A stretch of 64,000 bases of DNA, from the NCBI GenBank assembly GCA_024653355.1, contig JANLFQ010000001.1:576576-640575 (forward strand), in the 5' to 3' direction. The stretch is from a candidate division WOR-3 bacterium (GTDB taxonomy: Bacteria; Hydrothermota; Tepidihabitantia; Tepidihabitantales; Tepidihabitantaceae). This document shows positions 1 through 10,084 of this stretch, piece after piece. Each line of letters begins with the position of its first letter. Positions within the stretch are counted from its first letter, which is position 1. The position numbers were made by a program, and so were the translations under genes. The notes beneath the pieces were generated by a model. The model was not told the origin of the DNA. It was given only the letters and a program-made list of their open reading frames with translations, and ran no database searches.

Positions 1-421
1 CCCCGGAAAGTTCCTGAACCCGCAGCGTTGCCGCCTTTTCCATCCCGACCTGAGCAAGTACCCGATTAACCCGCGCTTCAACCTCTTGCACCGTCAAATT
101 ACTCCTTTCTCGCAAAGGTAAAGCGACATTATCCGCCACGGTTAAAGAATCAAAAAGCGCCCCACCTTGAAAAACAAATCCTATCTTCCGCAGTATTTCG
201 CCATTGTCGGCAAACAGCCCGTAATCTAAAATTCGTCCCGAGTAACTTACCTGTCCTGAATCCGGCACGATCAAACCCGCCATAATCTTCAGAAGGACCG
301 TTTTACCGACGCCCGAACGACCAAGTATAACAACCCGTGTCTGTTCGGGAATTTCGATATCGACATTATCAAGAATCAATTGACCCCGGAGCCGCTTTGT
401 CACCTTCTCTAATTTTATCAT
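1..421 (-). CDS. mlaF: ABC transporter ATP-binding protein, MlaF-like (5' part; the gene's 3' end lies beyond the window edge)
   Basis: Minus-strand translation starts MIKLEKVTKRLRGQLILDNVDIEIPEQTRVVILGRSGVGKT, which contains a Walker A motif. The start overlaps the mlaE stop in an ATGA arrangement. Confidence 0.7.
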   Translation of the reverse strand, partial: MIKLEKVTKRLRGQLILDNVDIEIPEQTRVVILGRSGVGKTVLLKIMAGLIVPDSGQVSYSGRILDYGLFADNGEILRKIGFVFQGGALFDSLTVADNVALPLRERSNLTVQEVEARVNRVLAQVGMEKAATLRVQELSG

Positions 422-1155
422 CGGGAAAACATCAATACCGCAATTACGAAATCAAAGAAGAGAATCAAAATTCCCGCCCATACAACCGCTCGCGTCGTTG
501 CCCTTCCCACCTCTTGCGCACCACCTTCGGCGTTAAAGCCAAAGTAACAACCGCTGGCGCCAATAAACAATCCAAAGATAATCGCTTTGATTATGCCCCC
601 AACAAAGTCACGCGCCTGAACAAAATGAGTCAAACCGTAAACAAAGGTCTCCTGGGTTACACCCACGAAACCTGCTACAACAACTGCCGTTAACGACGCA
701 ACAATCTCCATTATCACGACCAGGATAGGCAGACTGACCGCTGCGGCAATTATCCGCGGTTGACAGAGAAACCGGTAAGGGTCGATACCCATAACGCGCA
801 ACGCATCAATCTGGTCCGAATTACGCATCGCCCCAATCTCCGCCGCCATTGCTGAAGCCGAACGACTGGCAAAAATAAATGCCGAAAAAACCGGACCAAG
901 TTCGATAAGTAACATTCTACCGACACCCATACCAATAAAATATCGCGGCACAATCCCTAAAAGTTGATAACTGGTCTGGACCGCCGTTGTTAACCCCACA
1001 AATAAACTCGCCAGAATCACAATCGGCACGGCACCGACACCAAAATTGTATATCTGCTCAACAATTCGGGGTAGCGTGCGCCTTAAATCCCTCGGTAATG
1101 TCAGACTCCGGCCCAGAAAAATTACGAAATCAAACGCACCGGTAAACGCCCTCAT
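418..1155 (-). CDS. mlaE: MlaE/Ttg2B-family ABC transporter permease (phospholipid transport)
   Basis: 245 aa polytopic protein with MlaE-like sequence (…LRRTLPRIVEQIYNFGVGAVPIV…). It is translationally coupled to the downstream ABC ATPase. Confidence 0.75.
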   Translation of the reverse strand: MRAFTGAFDFVIFLGRSLTLPRDLRRTLPRIVEQIYNFGVGAVPIVILASLFVGLTTAVQTSYQLLGIVPRYFIGMGVGRMLLIELGPVFSAFIFASRSASAMAAEIGAMRNSDQIDALRVMGIDPYRFLCQPRIIAAAVSLPILVVIMEIVASLTAVVVAGFVGVTQETFVYGLTHFVQARDFVGGIIKAIIFGLFIGASGCYFGFNAEGGAQEVGRATTRAVVWAGILILFFDFVIAVLMFSR

Positions 1156-1227
1156 AGAAAAATATTATTGCTATCCGGCACCCTGTCAATTTACAGATTA
1201 GCCTGAGTTAACGCTGCTGGTAATAAA

Positions 1228-2829
1228 TTACAAATCTTTTCGCCGGGCGCGCCACCGTTTAACAACCCGCTCAAGGTCTGGATTAAGTAGACCCTCCCGC
1301 CACCAGCGGGAGAATTCAACATCACCGCTCTTCGGTTTGGGATTGGGTAAGTCAACCATCATACGGGTTGGCATCGCTACCGCCTCACCCAGAATCAACG
1401 CTTCCCCTGTCCTCAACGCCGGCAGCATATTCATCAAACCTGCCAGCGAATCGGGCACCAGACGACGAACGTAATTCTGGTCATCAGGGTTCGTAAGACG
1501 CATTGCGATAAATGTGTTGCACTGGGAAAGAACCGTCTCGGAAAGCTCTTTGGGACGTTGACTGACAACAATCATTCCGATGCCGTACTTCCTGCCCTCT
1601 TTGGTAATCCGTTCCACCGCACTTCTTGCGGCAGTGAACCGGCCATCGCTCCGAGACGGCACGTAATTGTGCGCCTCTTCCAGAACCAGAAGTATCGGAA
1701 ACCGTTCTCGTTCCGGATTCCAGAGGTTAAACTCAAAAACCATCCGGGCAACTACCGCAACCACCACTCCAATCGCCTCAGAAGGAACGCCACTTAAATC
1801 TACTACCGTCATCTGGTGGGGCGCATTTATTGAAAGGTAACTCTGCAGTAGGTCAATAAAACTTGCGCTGCTGGTGTAAGTACGGGGCTTGAACATAAAG
1901 TTGTACCGCGGGTCAGAGAGTTTGCTGTCCAGCCGAATGAGGAATTTATCAAACACTCCATAAAGTGGACCTTCTTCCTGTTCACCTTGAGCATTGTAGA
2001 CCATCTGGATATTCCAATCGCGCAGCATTGAAACCATGTCATCAAGGTCAAAGTAAACGGGCGAATCGGCGGTTATTGAAGAACCCAAACCCAACCGTTC
2101 TCTTGTATCCCACGCCTGCCGTGCCCGCATCAATGAGTCGCGTAAAACAACAATCTGATTTTTCGCCGTCGGTTCGGTCATATCAACGGTCAGGTCAACA
2201 AACTCTTCGAAGTTCAGCAGCCAGTAGGGTAATTCAACATTATCCGCCTGAATAAGGTTTACCTGTTCAGGAAATGCCGCGGCGTATTCACCATGCAAAT
2301 CCAGAACAACGATATGCGTGTTGCGATACTTCTCAATCGCCTCCTGCAAAATACTCACGACGGTACAGGACTTACCACAACCGGTTGTTCCCAGAACCGC
2401 GATATGCTGCCCAAAGAACTTATCAACATTTATGTAAACCCGTTGATTCTCGGCACCACTCGGTTTGCCAAACGAGAATCCATATTCAATAAACTCAGAA
2501 AATATATCATCAAGTTCGCTGTCATCAACCATCTGAACCCGTTGACCAACATTGGGATACACCGAAACACCCCGGACAAATTTTTTATTTTGTTCCAGCG
2601 TCCCCAGTAAGATGCAATCTGCCACCTTCCGGGAGTTTTTTCCATTCTCCATTCTGATGCTTGACACCAATCCTATTACGCGGTAATCTTGGAAAGATAT
2701 TTTTACATAGGAACCCGGTTGTCCCGGATAATAACCGTTACTGAGCGGAACTGTTGTATCCACAGTTAAATCAACCAGCGCCCGTTCACCATTGACTTCC
2801 GTAACATAACCAATATCAATCTGCCCCAC
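1228..2829 (-). CDS. HerA-like (DUF87) P-loop ATPase with an N-terminal HAS-barrel
   Basis: Walker A LGTTGCGKS and Walker B ILLVLEEAHNYV are present. The AAGGAGG RBS and an AT-rich upstream promoter region indicate it is transcribed independently. Confidence 0.6.
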   Translation of the reverse strand: MGQIDIGYVTEVNGERALVDLTVDTTVPLSNGYYPGQPGSYVKISFQDYRVIGLVSSIRMENGKNSRKVADCILLGTLEQNKKFVRGVSVYPNVGQRVQMVDDSELDDIFSEFIEYGFSFGKPSGAENQRVYINVDKFFGQHIAVLGTTGCGKSCTVVSILQEAIEKYRNTHIVVLDLHGEYAAAFPEQVNLIQADNVELPYWLLNFEEFVDLTVDMTEPTAKNQIVVLRDSLMRARQAWDTRERLGLGSSITADSPVYFDLDDMVSMLRDWNIQMVYNAQGEQEEGPLYGVFDKFLIRLDSKLSDPRYNFMFKPRTYTSSASFIDLLQSYLSINAPHQMTVVDLSGVPSEAIGVVVAVVARMVFEFNLWNPERERFPILLVLEEAHNYVPSRSDGRFTAARSAVERITKEGRKYGIGMIVVSQRPKELSETVLSQCNTFIAMRLTNPDDQNYVRRLVPDSLAGLMNMLPALRTGEALILGEAVAMPTRMMVDLPNPKPKSGDVEFSRWWREGLLNPDLERVVKRWRARRKDL

Positions 2830-2900
2830 TGCTTCCTCCTTTCACATAAAAATTATATCAAAATTAAATCGTTTCGTAAACTGCCGATTAAAATTAGTAA

Positions 2901-3593
2901 TTAAGCACCCTTCTTTTTACTTTTGCTCTTTCTCCGGCTAATCAGCATTTGATTCAACCAATCCAGCCACACATCAACTCCTTCCCCGGTACGCAATGAA
3001 ATCGTCATTATCGGCACGCGGGGCTTTAATCTGCGCACCGCCCGCTGAAAATCTTCAAGTTTAAAGTCAACATAAGGCAACAGGTCAATTTTGTTGACAA
3101 TCACGACATCTGATTTGGTAAACATCAGGGGGTATTTAACCGGTTTGTCGCTCCCTTCAGGTGTCGAGACAATCGTAACATTGTAGTGCACAGGCAGCCG
3201 GAACTCTGCCGGACAAACAAGGTTGCCAACATTTTCTATGATTAAAAGGTCAAGATTTGCCAGGTCAATCGAAGGGAAAACCGAAGCAAGCATCAAACCG
3301 TCCAGGTGACAGGCGCCCTGAGTGTTGATCTGTGTACAACCTACCCCCTGGGCAATAACCCGCCGCGCATCGAGGTCACCTTGAATATCCCCTTCAATGA
3401 CCCAGATGCGCCAGCGCTCCTTTAACGCCACCACCGTCCTTTCCACTAAACTGGTTTTACCAGCACCTGGCCCGGACATGATATTTATCCCCAGAACGCC
3501 ATATCGATTTAACTGCTGGAGCTGCTCCTCAGCCAGCGCATCGTTACTCGCCAGAACCCGGCGCATCACCGGTAACCTCTTCATTTCTTTCAT
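2901..3593 (-). CDS. hypB: Hydrogenase nickel-incorporation GTPase HypB
   Basis: P-loop GPGAGKTSL and the HypB signature IENVGNLVCPAEF are present. The length (230 aa) fits G3E GTPases. Confidence 0.75.
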   Translation of the reverse strand: MKEMKRLPVMRRVLASNDALAEEQLQQLNRYGVLGINIMSGPGAGKTSLVERTVVALKERWRIWVIEGDIQGDLDARRVIAQGVGCTQINTQGACHLDGLMLASVFPSIDLANLDLLIIENVGNLVCPAEFRLPVHYNVTIVSTPEGSDKPVKYPLMFTKSDVVIVNKIDLLPYVDFKLEDFQRAVRRLKPRVPIMTISLRTGEGVDVWLDWLNQMLISRRKSKSKKKGA

Positions 3594-3603
3594 TGAGCCC
3601 TCT

Positions 3604-4914
3604 CTACTTATGTAAAAAGTTCTTTAACCATTTCAGAGCCTTGATATCAACCGGAACGAGCGCTTTCCGGTCACTGCCCACGGAAACTAACGCCACCGAA
3701 CAATCCACCAGTTCGGCAATTTTTTCGATGTATTGCCGGGCTCTGAGAGGTAATGATTTAAAAGTTCGGCAGTTGGTGGTTTTTTCCCGCCAGCCGGGCA
3801 AGGAAATATAATCCGGCTCGAGTTCCGGTGCCAAAAATGGGTCAAATTCAAGAATCCTTTTACCCTGATAACGGTAACCCACACAAACTTTTATCTCTTT
3901 AAGTGAGTCAAGCACGTCAAGTTTTGTCAGTACCAATGCAGTGAGTCGGTTGTAACGCACTGCTGCCCGAACCAAGCCAGCATCAAACCAACCGCATCGG
4001 CGCGGTCTTCCGGTTGTTGCCCCGTATTCGGCACCAAGTTCGCGCAGCATTGACGCCTCCGCCGTATCCAGTTCGGAAGGAAATGGCCCGGCACCAACGC
4101 GGGTTGTGTATACCTTCGCCACACCCACCGCTTCTTCAAGCCAGAGGGGACTGATCCCGCTTCCGGTTGCCGCCCCTGCAACACCTGTTGAAGAGGTTGT
4201 GACAAAAGGATAAGTTCCCAGGTCTATGTCCAGATGAGTTCCCTGGGCGCCTTCAAACAGTATCCGTTTGTCAGCGCGCAGTGCCCTATCCAACATAACC
4301 GTTCCGTCCCCAATCATCGCTGTTAAATTCTTACTCACCACACGCACCTCTTGTGCCAGTTCTTTAAAAGAAATCGGCTCTGCCTGGTACAGCTCCATAA
4401 GTCGGAAATTCGCCGCTGCCACATTCCGGCGCAACTTCTCCATAAATAAATCTTCGTTCAACAGGTCACCAGCTCTGATGCCGACCCGGGCATACTTGTC
4501 TTGGTAAGCCGGGCCAATACCCTGACCGGTTGTGCCAATTTTTTTCTCGGCAAGTTGTGTTTCCTGTAAGCGGTCCAGTGCCTTGTGGTAAGGAAAAATA
4601 ATATGTGCGCGGCGGTCAATGAGCAAACGGTTGCCAACATCTTTACCATCTTTCTTTAACAACCTCAATTCGTCTTGAAGACGATAAGGGTCTACGACGC
4701 AGCCACACCCAATAATCCCCTTAATACGGGGGTGCAGTAGCCCGGATGGAATTTGATGGAAAGTAAGCTTATGCTTACCCCAACACACCGTGTGTCCAGC
4801 GTTCGGGCCCCCTTGAAAACGGACAACAATCTGGGCGTTTTGGGCAAGAAAATCAACTACCTTGCCCTTACCTTCATCACCCCACTGAGTTCCGATTACT
4901 ACCAGGTTAGGCAC
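3604..4914 (-). CDS. purA: Adenylosuccinate synthetase
   Basis: The N-terminus VIGTQWGDEGKGKVVD…GGPNAGHTV is diagnostic for PurA, and the length is 436 aa. Confidence 0.95.
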   Translation of the reverse strand: MPNLVVIGTQWGDEGKGKVVDFLAQNAQIVVRFQGGPNAGHTVCWGKHKLTFHQIPSGLLHPRIKGIIGCGCVVDPYRLQDELRLLKKDGKDVGNRLLIDRRAHIIFPYHKALDRLQETQLAEKKIGTTGQGIGPAYQDKYARVGIRAGDLLNEDLFMEKLRRNVAAANFRLMELYQAEPISFKELAQEVRVVSKNLTAMIGDGTVMLDRALRADKRILFEGAQGTHLDIDLGTYPFVTTSSTGVAGAATGSGISPLWLEEAVGVAKVYTTRVGAGPFPSELDTAEASMLRELGAEYGATTGRPRRCGWFDAGLVRAAVRYNRLTALVLTKLDVLDSLKEIKVCVGYRYQGKRILEFDPFLAPELEPDYISLPGWREKTTNCRTFKSLPLRARQYIEKIAELVDCSVALVSVGSDRKALVPVDIKALKWLKNFLHK

Positions 4915-4928
4915 AATTCCCTTGCTTT

Positions 4929-6053
4929 TTAAAACTGGTAAGAAAAGGAAAACTTGTAGTTACTCGTAGGGAAGTCGTAGATGAACTGGTCCACGCCGAC
5001 GTCAAACTGAAATCGTTGAAACCCAATACCGCCGCCAACGGTAAACCCCAGGGATTTGAATTTGCCAAGACCGCGCCGGGTTAAAACATCCCAGAAACTG
5101 TAATGGTAAGTGCCCTGACCCTCTCGCTCAAAAACAATTCCGCCCCTTTGACCGGTGATGTCTTCAAAATAACCTGCCCGTAGAAATCCGGCTACCGGTC
5201 CGTAACGAGCCCCGGCTTCAACCCCTAAACTTTTCCAGGCGTCGCGCCACTCACTGGAAATTTGCTGGCCAAAAGTTTTCGTAGAATCGGAAAACGCCCC
5301 GACCAGAATCTTAGATATCTCGGGCGTAATGCAGACGGAGAAAATCTCGTGCTTTAAAGGATAATAGGCTAAACCAAGCCGCAGCATCCGGGGCAAAGGG
5401 TCCGATTCACCCGAAGAGGTATAAGAAATGTTAGGCCCGAGGTTAGCCACTGCCAACCCCACAGCGAGAAAGTCAAAAGGTTTGTAAAGGGTGCCAGCAT
5501 CAAATGCCCAGGTAATGCCGGTTCCCCCTTGTTCAATCCCCAGTTCGGGCATCGCCTTCCAGACCCAATCCGGAACCAAAAAGGAGTAAATTAACTTAGC
5601 AGACAAACCCACACCTAAATTCGGCAAAACAGGAAAACCATAAGCAAGGGCGGGTGAGGCATCAAATGTAGTATATCGGCCCAGAAAATCACCCCGCTCA
5701 TTTATCACATCGGTTTCACCGGTCGTAAGGTAGATAACATTAAACCCCGCGGTCCCGCGTCCTTGAAAATTGTGTGCAATCCCAAGATACTCATAGTACA
5801 TCCCGGGCCAGAGTCCTGGTAACCAGTTACAATGCATCAAGGTCACATTAGTTCCCTGAAGAAAAGCCAACCCACCGGGGTTGTAGTACACACTTGAAGC
5901 GTCGTCGCTGATTGCGGTAAAGGCACCAGCGAGCGAAGTCGGCCGCGCTCCAGGCCAAATCATCAAGAAAACCGCACCGGGGTTCTGGCTGGCGTAAACT
6001 CCCATCGGACTGAGAACAAAAATCAAAGCCAGCCAGATAACTGTTCGTTTCAT
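4929..6053 (-). CDS. porV: FadL-like outer-membrane beta-barrel; candidate PorV/LptO of the T9SS
   Basis: It has a signal peptide, a C-terminal aromatic residue (…FSFSYQF) and is 374 aa. It lies immediately downstream, on the same strand, of a C25 peptidase gene carrying a T9SS C-terminal domain, which is the conserved porU-porV order. Confidence 0.5.
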   Translation of the reverse strand: MKRTVIWLALIFVLSPMGVYASQNPGAVFLMIWPGARPTSLAGAFTAISDDASSVYYNPGGLAFLQGTNVTLMHCNWLPGLWPGMYYEYLGIAHNFQGRGTAGFNVIYLTTGETDVINERGDFLGRYTTFDASPALAYGFPVLPNLGVGLSAKLIYSFLVPDWVWKAMPELGIEQGGTGITWAFDAGTLYKPFDFLAVGLAVANLGPNISYTSSGESDPLPRMLRLGLAYYPLKHEIFSVCITPEISKILVGAFSDSTKTFGQQISSEWRDAWKSLGVEAGARYGPVAGFLRAGYFEDITGQRGGIVFEREGQGTYHYSFWDVLTRRGLGKFKSLGFTVGGGIGFQRFQFDVGVDQFIYDFPTSNYKFSFSYQF

Positions 6054-6122
6054 TGCAATACCTCCTTAAACAAACATAACTACTACCTTTAAGTATAAAT
6101 AGTTACCTGCGATGGTCAACAA

Positions 6123-9100
6123 TTAACGAACTATAAGAAACTTATCCCTAACCGTGACACGCTCGCCGTTACCATCCGGGTATAAAACTTTTGCCCGCAG
6201 GGTAAACAGATAAACACCGTTGGGCAAGAGAAACCCATCCTGGTCCCTTCCGTCCCAGGTAATCTGGTTGTAACCCCAACTTGCTGGAAAATCCCCCAGG
6301 TCACGCACCAACCTGCCGCTCAGCGTGTAGATACGAATTTGGACCGTTCCCGCTTGACTCACAACGAAACTGAACACCGCACCCTGCTTCACCGGATTGG
6401 GATAAACGGTAATTGAATCCACGCGTAGGACTCGGGAGTAAAATGGCTTTAAAATCAGTTTTGTCGTTGTGCGGTTGAGAAAGTTGTCGGCAACAACAAC
6501 AAATAAAGTGTCAACTGTTCCGCTCAAATTTAACTGAATCCGTGCCCGGGCCAGAGAGTAAGAACTGTCGTCAAATACAAAGTTGTCGCTGAGCTCAACC
6601 GGTGTTAATGGTTGATTGAGATAAAAACAGGGTGCGAAACCCGGAACTGGAGCAATCAGAATACCAGACTGGTCTGAAGCGACGATATCAAGCGGCAAAT
6701 TTGCCGGCACCGTGGCACTGTCCAGCAATCGGCGCCCCCCAAAATACAAATAAACTTGCGGACCGGTGTTGTCATTTCGGTTTAATAACATACTGTTCCA
6801 GGCGATATTAGCATCAATTAAGCCCAGGTTCTTTGTTTCGCCTTTAACCTGAGCACTGAATCGGCAAGAGTTAGCAAGCGGTGCATAATAGCCATTACCC
6901 GCCCGCACCGTATCAAGCGGTACACCAACCGGGAAGATTCCTTCACAGTAAAACCTGCCGTCTTTGACGCGAAATGAACCGCGCGCCAATTCCTCGCCTA
7001 AAATAAAGTATTGAACAACACCCACCGGTGATTCATAATACCGTGAGCGCATCGGTCCAAACAAACGCCATTCGGCATCACCATCAGCCAACTCAACAAT
7101 CGTTCGTGCCCGAAACAATGTACCAGGTTGCAGCGTATCTGGGGAGATACGCAAATTCTGGGTGGACATCGTTGGTAATTTGAGAACTGTTGCCGGGTCG
7201 CCAAAAAGATGGTAGCTTCGATCAGTTACCCAGGCTTTAAAGAAACAGTAGCCCACAGTCCTTATGCTCTCCGGCGGGAAAAACAGCGGCGTCAATAGAT
7301 TACGAGCAAAGACAAGATTGTTTCCGGAAGGTGTCGCGGTTGAAGCGGCCACTGTCGCCAGTGCTCCACCCGGCATTCGAACCAACTCTTCCGCAATGCA
7401 CTCAGACCGGGTATCGTCAAACCGTCCGACCGAACAACTGCCTAAAAAACAGAACGGGACTCGATTCTGATTGTCTATTTCAGAAACCCTGGCTACGGTC
7501 AAAACATCTTCATGGGTAAGAGAGTAGGCCGAGCCATGACCAAAAAACAACCAGATTAACGCCCCGCGATTCAACTGTCGCAAAAGTTCTCTGTTGGCTT
7601 GGGGTTTACTTTTTGAACCAAGAAAGGGAAACTCTGTGAGATAAATTTTTACCGGGTCAAGACGATTTCCCACCAGTGCTGCCATACCTTCGCACTGTTC
7701 AATATGTCTGAAGCGCAACTCATCAGGCCGGTCCGGGTAGCGCTGATATTCGTCGTCTGCCAGTAAAAGCAACCTTCTAGTCCAGTATCCATTACTACCC
7801 GTTTCGTAAGCAATCAACTTGTCAACGAACTGCCTCGCTTCGCTTTCGCTTCTCACGCACACCCGGCCCAGGATAATGTCCGGACTGCCACCCTCACCTT
7901 CCAAATCAGCATACCACACATCCTGAGCCAGGGCACTACGGTCTCCGGCATCAGGAATTAGCCCGAATCCAAACTCATAAGGAGGGACACCCGGAGGCTG
8001 GACTCGGTTGAGGTTGTTCCTGTAATCGTAGGTCCCATCACCGACCAGGAGCGCATATACCGGGCGCTTCATTTGAAAGAAACGTTTGATCGCCCCGGGC
8101 TCCTTCATCCCATAACCGAAGTCGTCGTAAATCTCCTGAAGATTAACCACCCGAACCCGAGCATTAGGAATACCGGAGACCCGATTGAAACGAAAACGGG
8201 CGAGCTCCTGCATCGATTGCATTAATTCCGGTGGAGTTACTATCCAGTAATCAGCCAGAAATGTCTCGTCCCATAGAGAACCTGGTGATTTCACCTGCAT
8301 ATCTTTGGGCTTCAACAACTGCTCAGGAGTGGCAATAGCAAATTCGGTCCATCCCTGCAATCGCCGGCTGAACAACACACTGTCACCCCGTTTTTCCACC
8401 CCGAGACACAGCGCCGGAGCGTAAGGGTCGGTGACGTCCAGAACAACCGGTACCGCACCCGCACCCTGAATTAAAAATTGGTAGTCGCCGACGGTATCAA
8501 CAAAAAAGTTGCACGGACCGGTAAACAGGGACAGCCGGCAGGAATACTTGACCACAAGATAGTCAAGATAAACCTTCTTTTCACCGCTGCCCCGCAATTC
8601 AATCGTCAGTTGATTGTCACGAAAAGCCACCGGACCTACCGAATCAATAGAGAAATCGTAAGGGCTGGGATAGGAGCTGGAACCGAACTGAAAGTTGGTG
8701 AGTACCCTCCCGTTTAAGCGAATGGTTATTTCATTACTCGGGGAAGCATTGTAAAGCCGACCCGAAATCTGGTGAACTTTTATTGGATATCTTAGCTCAA
8801 GCGGGCAGGAAAATTGAGCAACACCGGCATCCGCTGCTTTAAATATCGTTGTCCAGACCCACATCAAACCCGCTCGAGCTGGGCATTCCCGGTCCAACTC
8901 CTGATGAAGCACAACTCGCCCGGTGTTAACAACTGTTGTACCGGAAGTATCCGGGCCGAATCCGCGTCGCATTCTCTTACCGGCAAAACCGGTCCAGGTA
9001 AGCCAGTAAACATTATCTCTGGTGTATAAATTCTTCACCCAGACAGAACATTTGTTAACCCAGTGGTCTGGTGCCAACCCATAAAAAATTATCGTGTCGT

Positions 9101-10013
9101 TAAGGTCGAAATGCCCATCATCATCGCCGGTAACCGCAATCGCGACCGGCAGCAACGAATCAGGATAAGAACGGTTGGGCTCATGTTCACCAACTGTCCA
9201 GAGGGCTAATGATTGCGGATTCAACCCCTGAATTGGCACACCTGCTTGTGCCAGTTCTGTGCCGGTGATACGATAAATACCGGTGGTATCGACCGTAATT
9301 CTCAACCACTGCGAAGAACGGCGATAAGGGTTCAAAATGGCAAAACTGCTTTTGTGATTTAACTTCCAATTTCTTGCCTGCGCGCCATTTAAAAGCATCC
9401 CGGCAATCAAATCATCAAGCGGGTCAGGAGAAAAATTAACCTCCGGGGTTGTTTGGAAATGCACCACCACCTTTACCTCATCGAACCAGACCAATCTTCT
9501 TCTATCGGTCTGATATTGCGCCGGGTAAATTTTCAAGGTTACAAACCGTACATCGCGCATCACCTCTATTTGCCCAACCTCTACAACCGAATCGGGATAA
9601 AGCACCCGTTCCTCTTCCTCCCAACCGCGCCAGACCGAATCTCCCTCAAATAAAACATAAGGAACACGTTCAAGGATGATATTTTCTTTTGCACCACCTA
9701 CTTTTGTGCTGAATTCAACCTTTATACCACCACTCTGTGGCACACCGATGCGGACAACCTTTGCCGGCAGGTCGTAGTCGCCGAAAAAAGCTACCGGTTC
9801 GGCATCAGGAAACTCAAGAAGAGTACCCCCTCTATCACCGCTCGTTACCGGTTCCCCAGGACGATAAATAAATCTAACACCACGCTCGTCAGAGTCGATA
9901 ACTTGAATTTCCGCTTTAAGATAGACGGGAAAAAGAGTCAGAATGAGCGATATCAATTTAAAATGACGACGCACCAGTAAAAAGGAGTTTATTTCAATCT
10001 CCCGATAAGTCAA
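6123..10013 (-). CDS. porU: Large gingipain-family (C25) peptidase with T9SS C-terminal sorting domain; candidate PorU C-terminal signal peptidase
   Basis: 1296 aa. His and Cys motifs resemble C25 peptidases (…FFGHGSAYS…, …FLGSCSVGRFDD…). The C-terminal 80 aa resemble a Por secretion tail (…VYPNPVKQGAVFSF…GVYLFTLRAKV…). The gene is adjacent to a FadL-like outer-membrane protein. Confidence 0.5.
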   Translation of the reverse strand: MTYREIEINSFLLVRRHFKLISLILTLFPVYLKAEIQVIDSDERGVRFIYRPGEPVTSGDRGGTLLEFPDAEPVAFFGDYDLPAKVVRIGVPQSGGIKVEFSTKVGGAKENIILERVPYVLFEGDSVWRGWEEEERVLYPDSVVEVGQIEVMRDVRFVTLKIYPAQYQTDRRRLVWFDEVKVVVHFQTTPEVNFSPDPLDDLIAGMLLNGAQARNWKLNHKSSFAILNPYRRSSQWLRITVDTTGIYRITGTELAQAGVPIQGLNPQSLALWTVGEHEPNRSYPDSLLPVAIAVTGDDDGHFDLNDTIIFYGLAPDHWVNKCSVWVKNLYTRDNVYWLTWTGFAGKRMRRGFGPDTSGTTVVNTGRVVLHQELDRECPARAGLMWVWTTIFKAADAGVAQFSCPLELRYPIKVHQISGRLYNASPSNEITIRLNGRVLTNFQFGSSSYPSPYDFSIDSVGPVAFRDNQLTIELRGSGEKKVYLDYLVVKYSCRLSLFTGPCNFFVDTVGDYQFLIQGAGAVPVVLDVTDPYAPALCLGVEKRGDSVLFSRRLQGWTEFAIATPEQLLKPKDMQVKSPGSLWDETFLADYWIVTPPELMQSMQELARFRFNRVSGIPNARVRVVNLQEIYDDFGYGMKEPGAIKRFFQMKRPVYALLVGDGTYDYRNNLNRVQPPGVPPYEFGFGLIPDAGDRSALAQDVWYADLEGEGGSPDIILGRVCVRSESEARQFVDKLIAYETGSNGYWTRRLLLLADDEYQRYPDRPDELRFRHIEQCEGMAALVGNRLDPVKIYLTEFPFLGSKSKPQANRELLRQLNRGALIWLFFGHGSAYSLTHEDVLTVARVSEIDNQNRVPFCFLGSCSVGRFDDTRSECIAEELVRMPGGALATVAASTATPSGNNLVFARNLLTPLFFPPESIRTVGYCFFKAWVTDRSYHLFGDPATVLKLPTMSTQNLRISPDTLQPGTLFRARTIVELADGDAEWRLFGPMRSRYYESPVGVVQYFILGEELARGSFRVKDGRFYCEGIFPVGVPLDTVRAGNGYYAPLANSCRFSAQVKGETKNLGLIDANIAWNSMLLNRNDNTGPQVYLYFGGRRLLDSATVPANLPLDIVASDQSGILIAPVPGFAPCFYLNQPLTPVELSDNFVFDDSSYSLARARIQLNLSGTVDTLFVVVADNFLNRTTTKLILKPFYSRVLRVDSITVYPNPVKQGAVFSFVVSQAGTVQIRIYTLSGRLVRDLGDFPASWGYNQITWDGRDQDGFLLPNGVYLFTLRAKVLYPDGNGERVTVRDKFLIVR

Positions 10014-10046
10014 ATCTAAAATTAACCTTGAACCGGCAAACAGTCC

Positions 10047-10074
10047 TTGACCTATGTGATTTGAACTTTATACT
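10047..10074 (+). promoter_or_regulatory. sigma70-like promoter (TTGACC-16 nt-TATACT) ending about 10 nt before the ATG, giving a leaderless or near-leaderless mRNA
   Basis: Hexamers read directly: -35 at 10047-10052 and -10 at 10069-10074. Confidence 0.45.
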
Positions 10075-10084
10075 CATTGCAAAA

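Noticed and set aside
1228-2829. HerA as part of a SIR2/DUF4297-HerA anti-phage system
   Set aside because: No SIR2, DUF4297 or NurA-like partner is adjacent. The neighbours are hypB and mlaE.
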